NCBI GenBank assembly: GCA_000934665.2
Contig: JYFJ02009209.1
Coordinates: 62,001 to 126,000 of the forward strand
DNA: 64,000 nt
Source: Catajapyx aquilonaris
Lineage: Eukaryota
Reading direction: 5' to 3'
Shown here: in pieces, positions 51,166 to 62,780 of the stretch
Layout of the letters: the number at the start of each line of letters is the position of its first letter
How positions within the stretch are numbered: position 1 is the stretch's first letter
Translations under genes and position numbers: made by a program
Notes under the pieces: generated by a model
What the model was told of the DNA's origin: nothing
What the model saw: the letters and a program-made list of their open reading frames with translations, nothing else
Database searches by the model: none

Positions 51166-52540
51166 CTATTGCTGTGACATTGCCATTATTGGTACGTTAC
51201 CAATAATGACCGGGAGGTTCATCTTCAGGTGGGAAGCTATTAGATCATTAGACCTGATTGCTCTGATCTGTCGAGACACACCGAGTTAAGCTGTGTTCAC
51301 ACATATAGGGTTACACGTACCTCGAGGTCATAGGTGAAGTTGATGATCCTGCATGATATCCCCAAGGTGGTTGGAGGGATTGCTGGAGGGACAGGCAGGG
51401 GCACACGATCCCAGACTTGCTCTTCTGTAGCTTTGATTGGTCCTTTTTCGGTTTTTGCCAATGTCCACTCCTCAGTCTTGGTTTCATCACTACAGCATTG
51501 GTCTGGGACTCGGTACCGGAGACGCTGACATACGGAGGTATCGTATGAGGTCACTTTAACTCAACAGGATAAAAATATGAGGCCATTACCTGATTCAGCT
51601 TTACTCTGACCCGAAATATTTCGCGGTTACTCTCGTTCTGAACCACTCCGCTGATCAGGATGTTCTCTCCAGGTACGTACCCTCCTTTGTCCAGGCTGAA
51701 CCTGATGGACAGAGGTCTGGACTGGCAGCAGCACCAACCAAAAGTCTTTTTGTTCTCACAATGAGGAGCCAACTATACAGTAATAAGAAATGATGAATGT
51801 CCAGCCAGCAGCAATGAAGAAAGCATTTTTGCAATAATTGTTAATCAGTTGGGCTACACTTCACTTGAAGTCAGAGAGGAACTGAACGAGTAGCCCTCCT
51901 TTCTGGACTATTCTGACTACGCTATTATCACAATGGGTTTTACCCGGGCTATCGGATCGGCGTTGAGGTCAACAAGAGCGTTGACGGTGATGTTCCGCTT
52001 GACGTGGTGGTCCAAAAGAAAGCACCGGACAATCCAGGCTTTGGCATTGTACCGGATGTAACCTCTGGAGCCTTCGAACGAAGACGGAATCCCCGGAGGA
52101 AGGACGAAGGAGAACTGGTACTGATGCTCTCCTGGAGGTATGGTGTGCCTTTCGTCCTGGCTACCCATCAGCCAAGTGTTCATGGAGCAGTAAGTCTCAT
52201 CCGCAGAGTAGTGCACTGTGATAGTTTTTATTATTATCGCAATCTTCGAGGCTTCTTTAGCCCACCCGCCCCCAAAATTAGCGGAGGGTAAACTTACCCT
52301 TTCCGGTGGACCAGTGGACGTGACCATATCCTTCCAACCGGAATTGCACACCTACGGGGTGTCATATAATCATGCTTATCGATTTGCACTCCTTGATCAG
52401 GAAACAGCGAAGAATTTTGACTCACCGCAGGCATCCTTTGGACTATCGACCCTGACGATGACCCTTCCAGTGACCATTTCTCCGGGGAAGAAAACGGGTA
52501 CTTGGCGGTCAAACTCGATCGCGAATCTGGTCAAAACCAT
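51166..52540 (-). CDS. Alpha-arrestin A5 (extra intron; premature stop before the Pro-rich tail)
   Basis: MVLTRFAIEFDRQVPVFFPGEMVTG, IPSSFEGSRGYIRY, FGWCCCQSRPL. The frame requires splicing of 52297-52216. Ends LPVIIGNVPIMAMSQQ* (TAG at 51168-51166). Confidence 0.75.
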
Positions 52541-52876
52541 CGCATTACCTGACATGAAAGTATAATTAAAGGAAAAAGCAAAATGTTGTGTTCAACAGGT
52601 GGAAACCCTATTACGAACATACATATTGTAGCAATGTGAGGAGGGTTGCCAGGAGAACAGTGTTGGAAGGCAACATACTAAGCAACTGTCGAATGATATA
52701 TTAAGGAAAAAAGTTCTCAGTGGACAATAATTTACCTTCAGTGGTGCAAGCTGAAGAACGCCCAGTAAATCAGAATTTCTGCAGTTCTTACGGTAATTTA
52801 TTTATTCAAATTCAACATTGATGGAGACAGATGGATTCGTGCCTAATTGCAACATATTTCACCGGATAGCAAACAT

Positions 52877-54482
52877 TTAATTAATAGCTCCCTTTGGTGG
52901 TGCCGGAGCCGGCTGTTGAAACACAGGGTACAAAGGAGCGAACTCTTGGTTTCCCCGGACATGTTCACCGTCGCCTTCTTCACGTATGTTCCTCTGCCCG
53001 AACATGCACTCGGCGTAACTCGGCGGGGCTGTGCAGAAAAATTGCGATTAGCATGATTAGCATCGAGAGGCATTATTAGACATGACTTACGGAGGTCTTG
53101 GTATTGTTGACCTGGAAATGGAGGAGCAGTCGCAGGAGCGGCTGCTGGAGCCTGTAAATGGACAGGGGCGTAGCCAGATGGTTGTGCAGGGGGGTAGCCA
53201 GAGCTAGGGGCAGGGGGGTAGCCATGTGCTTGGGCAGGGGCGTAGCTAGTTGCAGGGACAGGAGCATACTGTTGTTGCGGTACGGCCATTATTGGTATGT
53301 TGCCAATAATGACAGGAAGTGTCAGCTTCAGGTCAAAGGCTATACCTGAAGGAGTTGCGTCGATCTGTGGAGACACACCTATAGTTAAGTTGATTCCACA
53401 CTGAGGCTTTGGTTACGTGTATACCTCCAGGTCGTAGGTCACGCTGATGATGCTGCATAATATCCCCAAGTTACTTGGAGGGATCGGAGGGACACGCAGA
53501 GCCACGTGTTCCCAAACTTGTTCTTCTGTAGCTTTGACCAGCCCTCTCTCGGTTTGTGCCACTGTCCTCTCCTCAGTCTTGGTACCGTTACGAGCTTGGT
53601 ACCGAATACGCTGTCGGGGCATACGCAGGTCACTACAAATCGATCTAGATTAATCAGTGTCATTACCTGATTCAGCTTTGCTTTGACCCTCACTATTTCG
53701 CGGTCACTCTCGTTCTGAACCAATCCGCTGATCAGGATATTTTCACCCGGGACGAACCCTCCTTTGTCCAGACCGAACTTGATGGACAGAGGTCTGGACT
53801 CGCAGCAGCAGCAACCAAAAGTCTTCATGTTCTCACAATGAGGAGCCAACTAATAACAAACAGTGGAGATGACATTTTGCACAGCATTGCTGCACTTATC
53901 AAACGGACTTACCCGAGCTTGCGGATTGGCGTTGAGGTCAGCAATGGCGTTGACAGTGAGTGCCTGCTTGACGTGGTGGTCGAATCGCCAGGACCGGACA
54001 ATACTGGCCGTAGCAGTGTACCGGACATACCCATGTGAGCCTTCGAACGAAGAAGGAAGCACCGAAGGAAGGACGAAGGAGAACGGGTACTGATGTTCTC
54101 CAGGAGGAATGGTGTACCTTCCGCCCTGGTTGCCCATCACCCATGTTTCCAGTGAGCAGTACGTTTCATCCGCCGTGAAATGCTCCGTATGAGTGTGGTG
54201 ATGGTCACGACGACCGTGATCGTGATGGCGATCGTGATGGCGTTCGTGACGCTGACGTGTTTCGGTCCAGTGCACGCGACCAGATCCTTCCAACCGGAAT
54301 CGCACACCTATACAGGATCGTGTTTAATTGATCGCTACTTCTTGATCAGGCAACAAGATTGACTCACCGCAGGCATCCTTAGGCCTATCCACGCTGACGA
54401 TGACCCTTCCAGTGACCATTTCTCCAGGGAAGAAAACGGTCACTTGGCGGTCATACACGACCGTGAATCTGGTCAGACCCAT
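52877..54482 (-). CDS. Alpha-arrestin A6 (His-rich loop, intact PPSY tail)
   Basis: MGLTRFTVVYDRQVTVFFPGEMVTG, RQRHERHHDRHHDHGRRDHHHTHTEH, LPSSFEGSHGYVRY, FGCCCCES, GYPPA-type repeats, DLPPPSYAECMFG...APLYPVF. Confidence 0.92.
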
Positions 54483-55521
54483 TGCCAGCACCTGAAGTGA
54501 AAAACTCCTGTAAATGTCACCCACTTATCATAGGCGATAAGAACGCGATAACCGGTTCCTCTAACATCATTTACAGCACCCTCGCACGCCCAACCAAGTT
54601 TCAATGCCACAGGTTTCCTGGTAAAGCCATGCACTCTTCAAGGTCCCCAGTTCGCGGGGGAAAACCAAGGGGGGGAAATGAGGATAGGTTTTGAATATTG
54701 CTCACTCCAGCAACCTATTAGGCACCAATCCCAACTGGGTTTATTCAGGCTGCTAGGGTGAACAATCACATTCAAATGAAGCGCGTGACCTTGGCTGGTG
54801 CACAATCCTGAGAATAATAGCAAAGCTGCCAGAGTGAACAACAGTCGCATTTCCGATGATATATTCGTAATTATGGGCAACAGCACACATATTGCAATCA
54901 TTTAAATTATGAGACTATAGTTACCGTACCTGGGAATAATTCTCGTGTGACAGCGATTCCACCGAGTCGGCTGCTGGGTATCCCGATTGCCATTGAGCTC
55001 TCGGTCTTAATAACACTGACTGTTGCGTGCGATTAGATAACGGTATCGTGTGATTCACTGAGAAGCTAGCCATAGGCTGGATGTGTACGTACGTATAGTG
55101 AAACGTAACATCCGCCGTTTGCACATGACTCGGGATTATGGCAAAAAAGTGACGACTCATTATCCGGTGTTCAGTTTCGAGTGGCTCGTGTTGGATGACT
55201 GTGTCAGCATCTCCCAATATTCGCCAATGATGCTATATAAAATAAAAGCACAATCATCTGAGTAACACTCTACCAAGTAATAATTATCCTCTCATATAAT
55301 GTATCAAAATACACATGTACCGGTATACAGAATGCCTCAACATTTTTATTGAATAAAAATCATTGAAATGGGGAGAGATAGATTTTCTTTGAGTATGCCT
55401 ATGTGCAGCAAGTACAACAATTAATTATTATTAGTTTCATGTTTAGGGTGATGGATCTAGCCACTTCCTTAGGAGTGTCCAAACGAGGTCCGTTACTAAA
55501 ATTGTGTTCGTCAGTCAGTCG

Positions 55522-56744
55522 TCAGTCGAAGTTACCAATGATGAGCGGGAAAGTCACCATCAAGTGGTAACCTGCACCTGGTGGAGTTGCGTCGATCTGT
55601 CGATACAAAAGTTGTTGAATTCAGCACAACTCCCCGTGTGACTCTACATAACGAGTGTACTCACCTCCAATTCATATGCCACCTTTACAATGCTCTGGTG
55701 TATCCCAAGGTGTGACGGAGGCACGACCGGTACATCCAGAAGCACGTCGTTCCAAACTTGCTGGCATTTAGCTGGAACCATCCCTCTATGGATGCGAACC
55801 AAGGTTTTCTCTTCTAACTTGACACCGTTCAGGGCTTTGTATCGTACACACTGTATACATACGCCCAAATAAAAAGGTCATGCACAAGGGGGGGTCGGAG
55901 CAGCTAATTACGTACCTGCTTAAACCTTGCTTTGACCTTCTTTATTGGTCGTCTGGTGTCGTTCTGGACCGTCCCGTTGATGCAGATGCTGTCTCCTGGC
56001 ACGTACCCACTTCTGTTGATTCTGAACTTCATGGACACTGCCTTTGTTTTCCAGCAGCAGATTCCGAACTCTTTTGCGTTCTCCCTGTCCACGAACCCCT
56101 ACAAATTGTCATATCCGTGAAATGTACAAGAAAAACACTAAGGATCATCCATTTACCGCAGATTGCAGATAATATGAATGCTTGACAATCGCCTCGACTC
56201 TGAATGGATGCATGACGTGGCTGTCGGACTGATTCGACGGTCGCACGATGCTGGCCGTAGACATGTACCGGACATACCCATGCGACCCTTCGAACGACGA
56301 TGGAAGTACCTGAGGGAGTTTGAATGAGAAACGGTACGCTCCATGTCCTTCCGGCAACGTGACCTGTCCGCCTTCGTTTCCCAAAAGCCATTTTTCCATC
56401 GCTAAATAATGTTCCTCCCCCGAGAACACCTCATCTTGGGAATCCTCCTCACAAATGTCACTTTTGGGGTACGGAATAATCTGATTGATACTGGTGATGG
56501 GCACGGTGATTTTGGGCATCATGGGTTGCGTCCATTCGACTCGAGCTTTTCCTTGAATCCGAATTCGCACACCTGCTGGGGTCATCATGATTATAATATA
56601 CATAACTGTCCAAAAAAAAAGTAACTCACCGCAAGCTTCCTCAGGACTGTCGAGGGAGACGATGACCTCGCCTTTGATCCAATCATCAGGATAAAACTCT
56701 TTTCCTTCCCTATCGAACAAGATTTTGAAACTCAACAGACCCAT
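55522..56744 (-). CDS. Alpha-arrestin A7 (no tail)
   Basis: MGLLSFKILFDREGKEFYPDDWIKG, LPSSFEGSHGYVRY, FGICCWK, GYVPGD; ends FPLIIGNFD*. Confidence 0.88.
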
Positions 56745-57148
56745 TCAAAGTCAACCATCACACCAGCCAATTGTTAATAAAAATATGAATGATTAGACCA
56801 CATAGACGCCTATCTCCAGGTAACAGCACATTCGCAGTCACTGCAGGATAACTCCCCCCAAAAAAATAAAGCCAAGGGAGGCGCCTCCAGTTTATTACAG
56901 GAGACTGACAGCTCCAATAAAATTTTTTGCCAAAATCCAGTTGTTGAGAGTGAACCTTGCAACAATCGGACAGAAGTATATAACAGAAGCCAAGATGTCC
57001 CAATATATTTCATCTACTACATCTGAGCCAGTTGCTTGTCTCCATCCCAATATTCTACGGATTTTTCTGTCGGACTGAACATGATGTAGGATGGTTGGCC
57101 TGGAAATGTACGAAATTATTTTGTTTATTTATTTACTATTGAATATTA

Positions 57149-58552
57149 TCACAAACACGCGGATGTGTCCAACCCACCTGAGTGAGGTGCTGGGTCCTGA
57201 TGACCTCCTGGTTCAAATAGTGCTGGGTCAGTGGCCTGTACAGATGGGGAATGCGGTTCGGACGCTATACACGGTGGGGTCAAAGGTCGTCTGCCAGCTG
57301 CCGAGTCATCATTGAGACGTTCGGTGCCTACGAGGACAGGAATCTGTAGCTCGGCTTTATCTTCGAAGCCGTCAGGTGTGGCCTGAATCTGTTCAGAAAA
57401 AAATAAAGTTACTCAAGAAATTACTGTCCGTAGTTATTAACAGTGTAAATTACCTGCAGCTCGTATCTGACTCCGATAATGCTTTCGGGTATGCCCAGAT
57501 CGGTCGGAGGAAGCGGAGGAACACGTATGGCCACGTTGCTCCAGACCTGTTCGCTTCTAGCTTCAATCCGACCTCTCTCCCCTTGATACACGGTCCTCTG
57601 GGTCTTCATCGTCGTGTTGTTCCCAGCTCGGTACCGTAAAAACTACAACCGTTCAACTGTGTGGTACACATTGCCTATAGATATACTAACCTGTACAAGC
57701 ATCATTGTTATCCGATGAATTACAATGTCGCTCCTGTTATGAACCACCCCGTTGATCAGTATGTTCTCTCCAGGCACGTACCCACCTTTGTTCAATCGCA
57801 GGTTGAAGAGGAGTGCTTCAGAGCTGCACCAGCACCATCCCAACTCGGCCATTTCGTCGAAGTGAGGCACCAGCTGAGCATACACGATTCATGTCAACTT
57901 ATTGGACTCGTATACTGTATGTATAAATTACCTTGGCTTCCACATACGTGTTGAGGTCGACCGTGGCGTTGACCGTGAATGGCTTGTCGGCAGTCAGGGC
58001 CTTCGGGTCATTCCGCAAGGATCGGACCAGTATCGCCTTGGCCGTGTACCGAACGTATCCGTACGCGCCTTCGAACGAGGACGGCAAAGCGACAGGCAAC
58101 GTGATCGCAAAAGGGTAGCAGTGGTCAGCAGGCGTTTCCGTGAAGGTCATCGTTCCGGGAAAGAACTGTACTCCCCGCATTATCCTGTACTTGGCTCCTA
58201 GTGTACGCACAGTGAGATGACGAATCAGGTGCACAATTATTGCCCCGCTTAATTTACCTGGACTGCCTATTATCCAGTCTTCGATGTAGCAGAACATTTC
58301 GTCTTGACTGTGCTTCTCCTCCTTAGTGTCGGTCCACTCCACGTGTCCTGTTCCTTTCAATTGGATTTGAATACCTGCGAAGTATAGTTTCAAGTTTGGG
58401 TAATGATGGCACCTTCTGTTGACTATGAACTTACCACAAACTTCGTCCCCATATTTGTCGACTCCAAGTATGACTCTTCCTCGCACCTCTTTCCCAGGTG
58501 AGAATGTGGCCACAGGTCGGTCGTACTCTATCCTGAATTTGGTCACGCCCAT
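57149..58552 (-). CDS. Alpha-arrestin A8
   Basis: MGVTKFRIEYDRPVATFSPGKEVRG, LPSSFEGAYGYVRY, LGWCWCSS, GGYVPGE, IPVLVGT. Tail has no PPxY; the 3' end is uncertain. Confidence 0.85.
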
Positions 58553-58660
58553 TGCCGCGTATGTGTTTAAAAAAAAAAGTATCCGCACTATATGACAGAT
58601 TCTCACAAGAAATTTTGAAGTACGAACAAAAGAAAGTGTGTTGCCAGGCAAAAAGACCCG

Positions 58661-60392
58661 TCAATCGTCAAGTGGCGCAACAAAGAGTGGACTCCTTGGT
58701 CGCTGTCTACGTTCCTGAACCATCGAAACAAGATCGCGTCTGGAAATTTCGGAACTAGCCAACATCAGCTCGTCCCTGGCTTCGCGAAGGCAGTCGGAGT
58801 AACTTGGATGAGCTGGAAATAATTTAAGAAAAAAAAATGGCCGCGTCACCGTTGCAACAATGAGTGGACATGATTGTTATCTACGTACCCTGCTGCTGCA
58901 GCTGTTGGAGGTGATGCAGCAGCGAAGCAACTGAGCGTCTGAATGTTTCTACGGGTGTCTCTCTCAGTCCTTCCTCGCTCTCGGAGTCACTTGGAGTAGC
59001 TGCGGAAACGAAGAAGACAATGACGTTTAACAAACACATGCTGCGTGATTGGGAAGTGTGTATACGCATATTACTCTCAGGGCGCTTCTTCTGTTTCCTG
59101 CTGGATGTTGTGGAGTGACCGGTTGTAATAGACGGGACTGTGGCAGAATGGACAGAAGCTGTGGCAGGATTCAGCGGAGTGATGTTCCGGGCCTCTCTCA
59201 GTGGGATGGTGCCAATGATGACAGGAAGACGGGCGATTAATCTGGTCCACCTGTAGGCAGGCTTCGCCTTAATCTATACTCAAAAAAAGATCCGAAAATT
59301 AGTATAAGAAATGTCTGTTACATTTTTTTTAAAACCTTCAGCTGGTATCTGACTCCGATGATGCCTCCGGACATCCCGAGATCGGTCGGAGGAACAGGAG
59401 GGACAAGGAGGGCCACGTCTGTCCAAATCTGCTCACTTCGAGGTTCAATCCATCCTATGTCTTCCTCTATGAGAGTCTTGCGCTCTTCCACCGACTCCTT
59501 GGACCCGAATTTCTGGTTGTACATAATAACCTAAAAACACGACAACTGCATGACACCATTATTAAGCAACGTTGTCCAACTAACCTGCTGTAGAGACACG
59601 ATGACTCGTTGTATCTCTCTGTTGCTCCGGTTCTTGGCTATTCCGCTGAGCATGATCGTTTCTCCTGGCACGTAACCTCCTTTGCTCAAGCGCATGTTTA
59701 CCAATAGGGGACCAAAATTACACCAATCAAGCAGCTTTAATTCAAAACATTCTGGCGCCAGCTGAAAAGTGTTGGTCACATGCTGTTTCATCGACTAAAA
59801 AATACACACACGAATTTTGGCATATCAGTGTTACCCTGGCTTCCACGTTGGTGTTGAGGTCACATTTGGCCTCGACCTTGAAGGACTTCTCTGCCGTATT
59901 TTCTGGGTTCGACAAACAGAAGATTGTGGCTTTGGCAGTGTATCGAACGTGTCCATACGGACCTTGGTACGACGAAGGAAGCACCGACGGTAACACGATC
60001 GCAAACGGATATGTTATTTCACCTGATGGTATTGCACCTGAAAGACGTTTTATTTACATTCAATTTGTGTGAGGCACCTTTTTTATCAATATTACCTTGA
60101 ACCTCCAACCATGTTTCGATATTGCAATACACTTCGTCATTCCTGCACCTTTTCTTGATGCCGAACTTTGAGTATGACCTCTCCACTTGTCCGGATCCTC
60201 TAAGAAGCAATTGCAAGCCTGAAATAATGAGATCAGATTCAGATATTTCTCGAACACTTGTATTGCGTTTAACTTACCGCTCACTTCCTTGGTGCTGTCG
60301 ACGCTCAACACGACTTTTCCGCTGATTTCTTCACCCGGGTAGAACACTGCCCCGGGGCGGTCAAACTCGACGGAGAATTCTTCATTATCCAT
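58661..60392 (-). CDS. Alpha-arrestin A9 (two homologous terminal exons)
   Basis: MDNEEFSVEFDRPGAVFYPGEEISG, LPSSYQGPYGHVRY, GGYVPGE, LPVIIGTIPL; tail exons TTPSDSES... and AHPSYSDC... Confidence 0.82.
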
Positions 60393-60792
60393 GTCAGGAC
60401 ACAATCTTGTGCCCATGTCCTCAGTAAAACGATTTGTGGGAATCCTTACGCAATCCTCTTCGTAAAAAAAAACAAGAGGGTCGGAATTTCGAATGTCTCA
60501 CCAGCTACTCCAAAATGTAAACAAAGTGTAGCCAAAGCTATTGCTTCTATGACCTTAGCTCACTGAATATTAGACATTTTCTCCTGTGCCATACGATTAT
60601 TTCATCCTTATCATGCTGACATTACAGTGGAATTGCTCTAAAGTGTATCAGCAGCTTAGTCGTGTATAACTTACCACAAGCTTCGTTACGTACATGGTCG
60701 AAGGTAATGTGTGCACTCTGACAGATTCACTTATGGTATTAAAAAAAAGACGTAAAACCAAGTTTGGTGTACTTATTATTTTGCTATGTACA

Positions 60793-62290
60793 TTACTGCT
60801 GTAGCAACAGCTCCTGATGCAGCGAAGCAATAGTTCGTCTGAATGTTGAGTACGTTGACTCCCTCATTCCCATAGTGCTCTCGGAGTAACTTGGCGGAGC
60901 TGGAAATGAAAACGCCAACAATATAGAGTGCTTGGGAAGTTGCTCTTTGTGTCTCTTTAATCTTGCAAGGGACACTTACAGTCTGATAGCCAGGCCTCAC
61001 TCCTGATGGGTGCTGTGGAGTCACCGGCTGGAGCAGGTGCTGGTTGGTCAGAAGGGACAGAAGCTGTGACAGGAGTCAGCTGACTGGTGGTGTTCCTGGC
61101 TTCTCTCAACGGGATGGTGCCAATGGTGATAGGAAGACAGGCAATTAATTTGGTAAACCTGTAGGCAGGCTTCACCTTAATCTATACTCAGAAGATAAGG
61201 TAATTATTAAGTGTGGATCCTGCTGGTACATTTGTTGCATTTTCACCTTCAGCTGGTATCTGACTCCGATGATGCCTCCGGACATCCCAAGATCGGTGGG
61301 AGGAACAGGAGGGACAAGGAGGGCCACGTTTGTCCAAATCTGCTCACTTCGAGGTTCAATCCGGCCTAGGTCTTCCTGCAAGAGAGTCTTTCGCTCCTCT
61401 ATGGCTGTCTTGACTCCGGATTTCTGGTTGTACCGGAAAACCTGATGGGGACAAATAGGTGACACTTTGCACGTTGTTCAACTAACCTGCTGCAGAGTCA
61501 CTGTGACTCGCTGTATCGCTTTGAAGCTGCTGTTCCTGGCTATTCCGCTGAGCTTGATCATTTCTCCTGGCACGTAACCCCCTTTGTTCAACCGCATGTT
61601 CACCAATAGGGGTCCGAAACAACAACAATCAAGAAGCATTAATTCCAGACATTCTGGCGCCAGCTGAAAGTGTCACCTGCTGCTTCTGTGATCAAACTAG
61701 ATGATAGGAATATCAGTATATAGTTATACCCTGGCTTCCACGTTGGTGTTGAGGTCACATTTGGCCTCGACCTTGAATGCCCTCTCTGCGATACGATCGG
61801 GATTCGACAAACAGAAGATGGTGGCTTTGGCAGTGTATCGAATGTGTCCTTGCCAACCTTCGAACGACGAAGGTAGCATCGACGGTAATGTGATTGCAAA
61901 CGGATACGTTGTTATTTCATCTGATGGTATCGTGTGAACCTGATAGTCTGCAAGAGGGTTTACTTTATACTCAACTTTCATATATATTTTACTCATTACC
62001 TTCAACCTTCAACCAGGTTTCGACATTGCAATACACTTCGTCCCTCGTGCACTTGTGCTCGGTCCCGAACTTTGTGTTGGACCACTCGACTTGTCCGGAT
62101 CCTCTCAGCAGCAATTGCAAACCTATGTACAATAATAATGCTCAGGTGTATTTCTGGAGGCTGCGTAGTACTTACCGCTCACGTTCTTAGTCCTGTGTAC
62201 GCTAACCATAATTTTTCCACTGACTATTTCTCCGGGGAAGTACATTCCCCCGGGGCTGTCAAACTCGATGGAGAACCTCTCATAAACCAT
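60793..62290 (-). CDS. Alpha-arrestin A10 (PPSY retained)
   Basis: MVYERFSIEFDSPGGMYFPGEIVSG, LPSSFEGWQGHIRY, LDCCCFGP, LPITIGTIPL; last exon SPPSYSES...LLLQQ*. Confidence 0.88.
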
Positions 62291-62545
62291 GTCAGGAACC
62301 ACCTCTGTTCCTAAGTAGTCCAGGAAAATATTCATAAAGGATAACGGGGGGAATGCCTGTGTGCGCAAGAAGCAATTTAGAATTTATCAGTATAGCTACA
62401 CCGAGGTGTAAACAAAGTATAGCCAATCATGCTGATGCGCACCGGATCTTCATGTGACACATATTCGCGGATTTAGGAGCTGGAAATGAAAACGACAACA
62501 ATGCCAAACAAATTTTTTTTTAATATGATTTTTTTTTGTGTACGA

Positions 62546-62642
62546 GCGCAACCGAGTGCGCACACACACTCGCTCAAGTCCATCATGGGATAGTGTATAG
62601 GAAACCATTTGCGCAGAGTGTATGCTGCGCACTCGGTTGCGC
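62546..62642. repeat. Inverted repeat (17-bp perfect arms, imperfect inward extension)
   Basis: GCGCAACCGAGTGCGCA (62546-62562) and TGCGCACTCGGTTGCGC (62626-62642). Confidence 0.85.
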
Positions 62643-62707
62643 ATCCCGCGATTTTATAGTCTCCCGGGGGGACGACTAGCGCTTTCTTTTCGCCGTCTAT
62701 TAAACTC

Positions 62708-62780
62708 GTCCCTGTGGCGCAGTGGATAGCGCGTTGGACTTCTAATCCAAAGGTCCCGGGTTCGAATCCCGGTAGGGATG
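62708..62780 (+). tRNA. tRNA-Arg, anticodon TCT, intronless
   Basis: GTCCCTG/TAGGGAT acceptor stem, A box TGGCGCAGTGG, anticodon arm TTGGA-CTTCTAA-TCCAA, T arm CCGGG-TTCGAAT-CCCGG, and a downstream T-run terminator. Confidence 0.96.

Noticed and set aside
51790..51910. Nested short stems (GTCCAG/CTGGAC, GGGCTAC/GTAGCCC) in an A5 intron as a snoRNA or ribozyme
   Set aside because: Stems are only 6-7 bp, there is no complete C/D, H/ACA or hammerhead core on the transcribed strand, and the segment is not conserved in the A4 intron.
54638..54670. FSPANWG resemblance to adipokinetic hormone or W(X)6W peptides
   Set aside because: Wrong precursor position, no N-terminal Gln or GKR processing site, and the spacing is W(X)5W.
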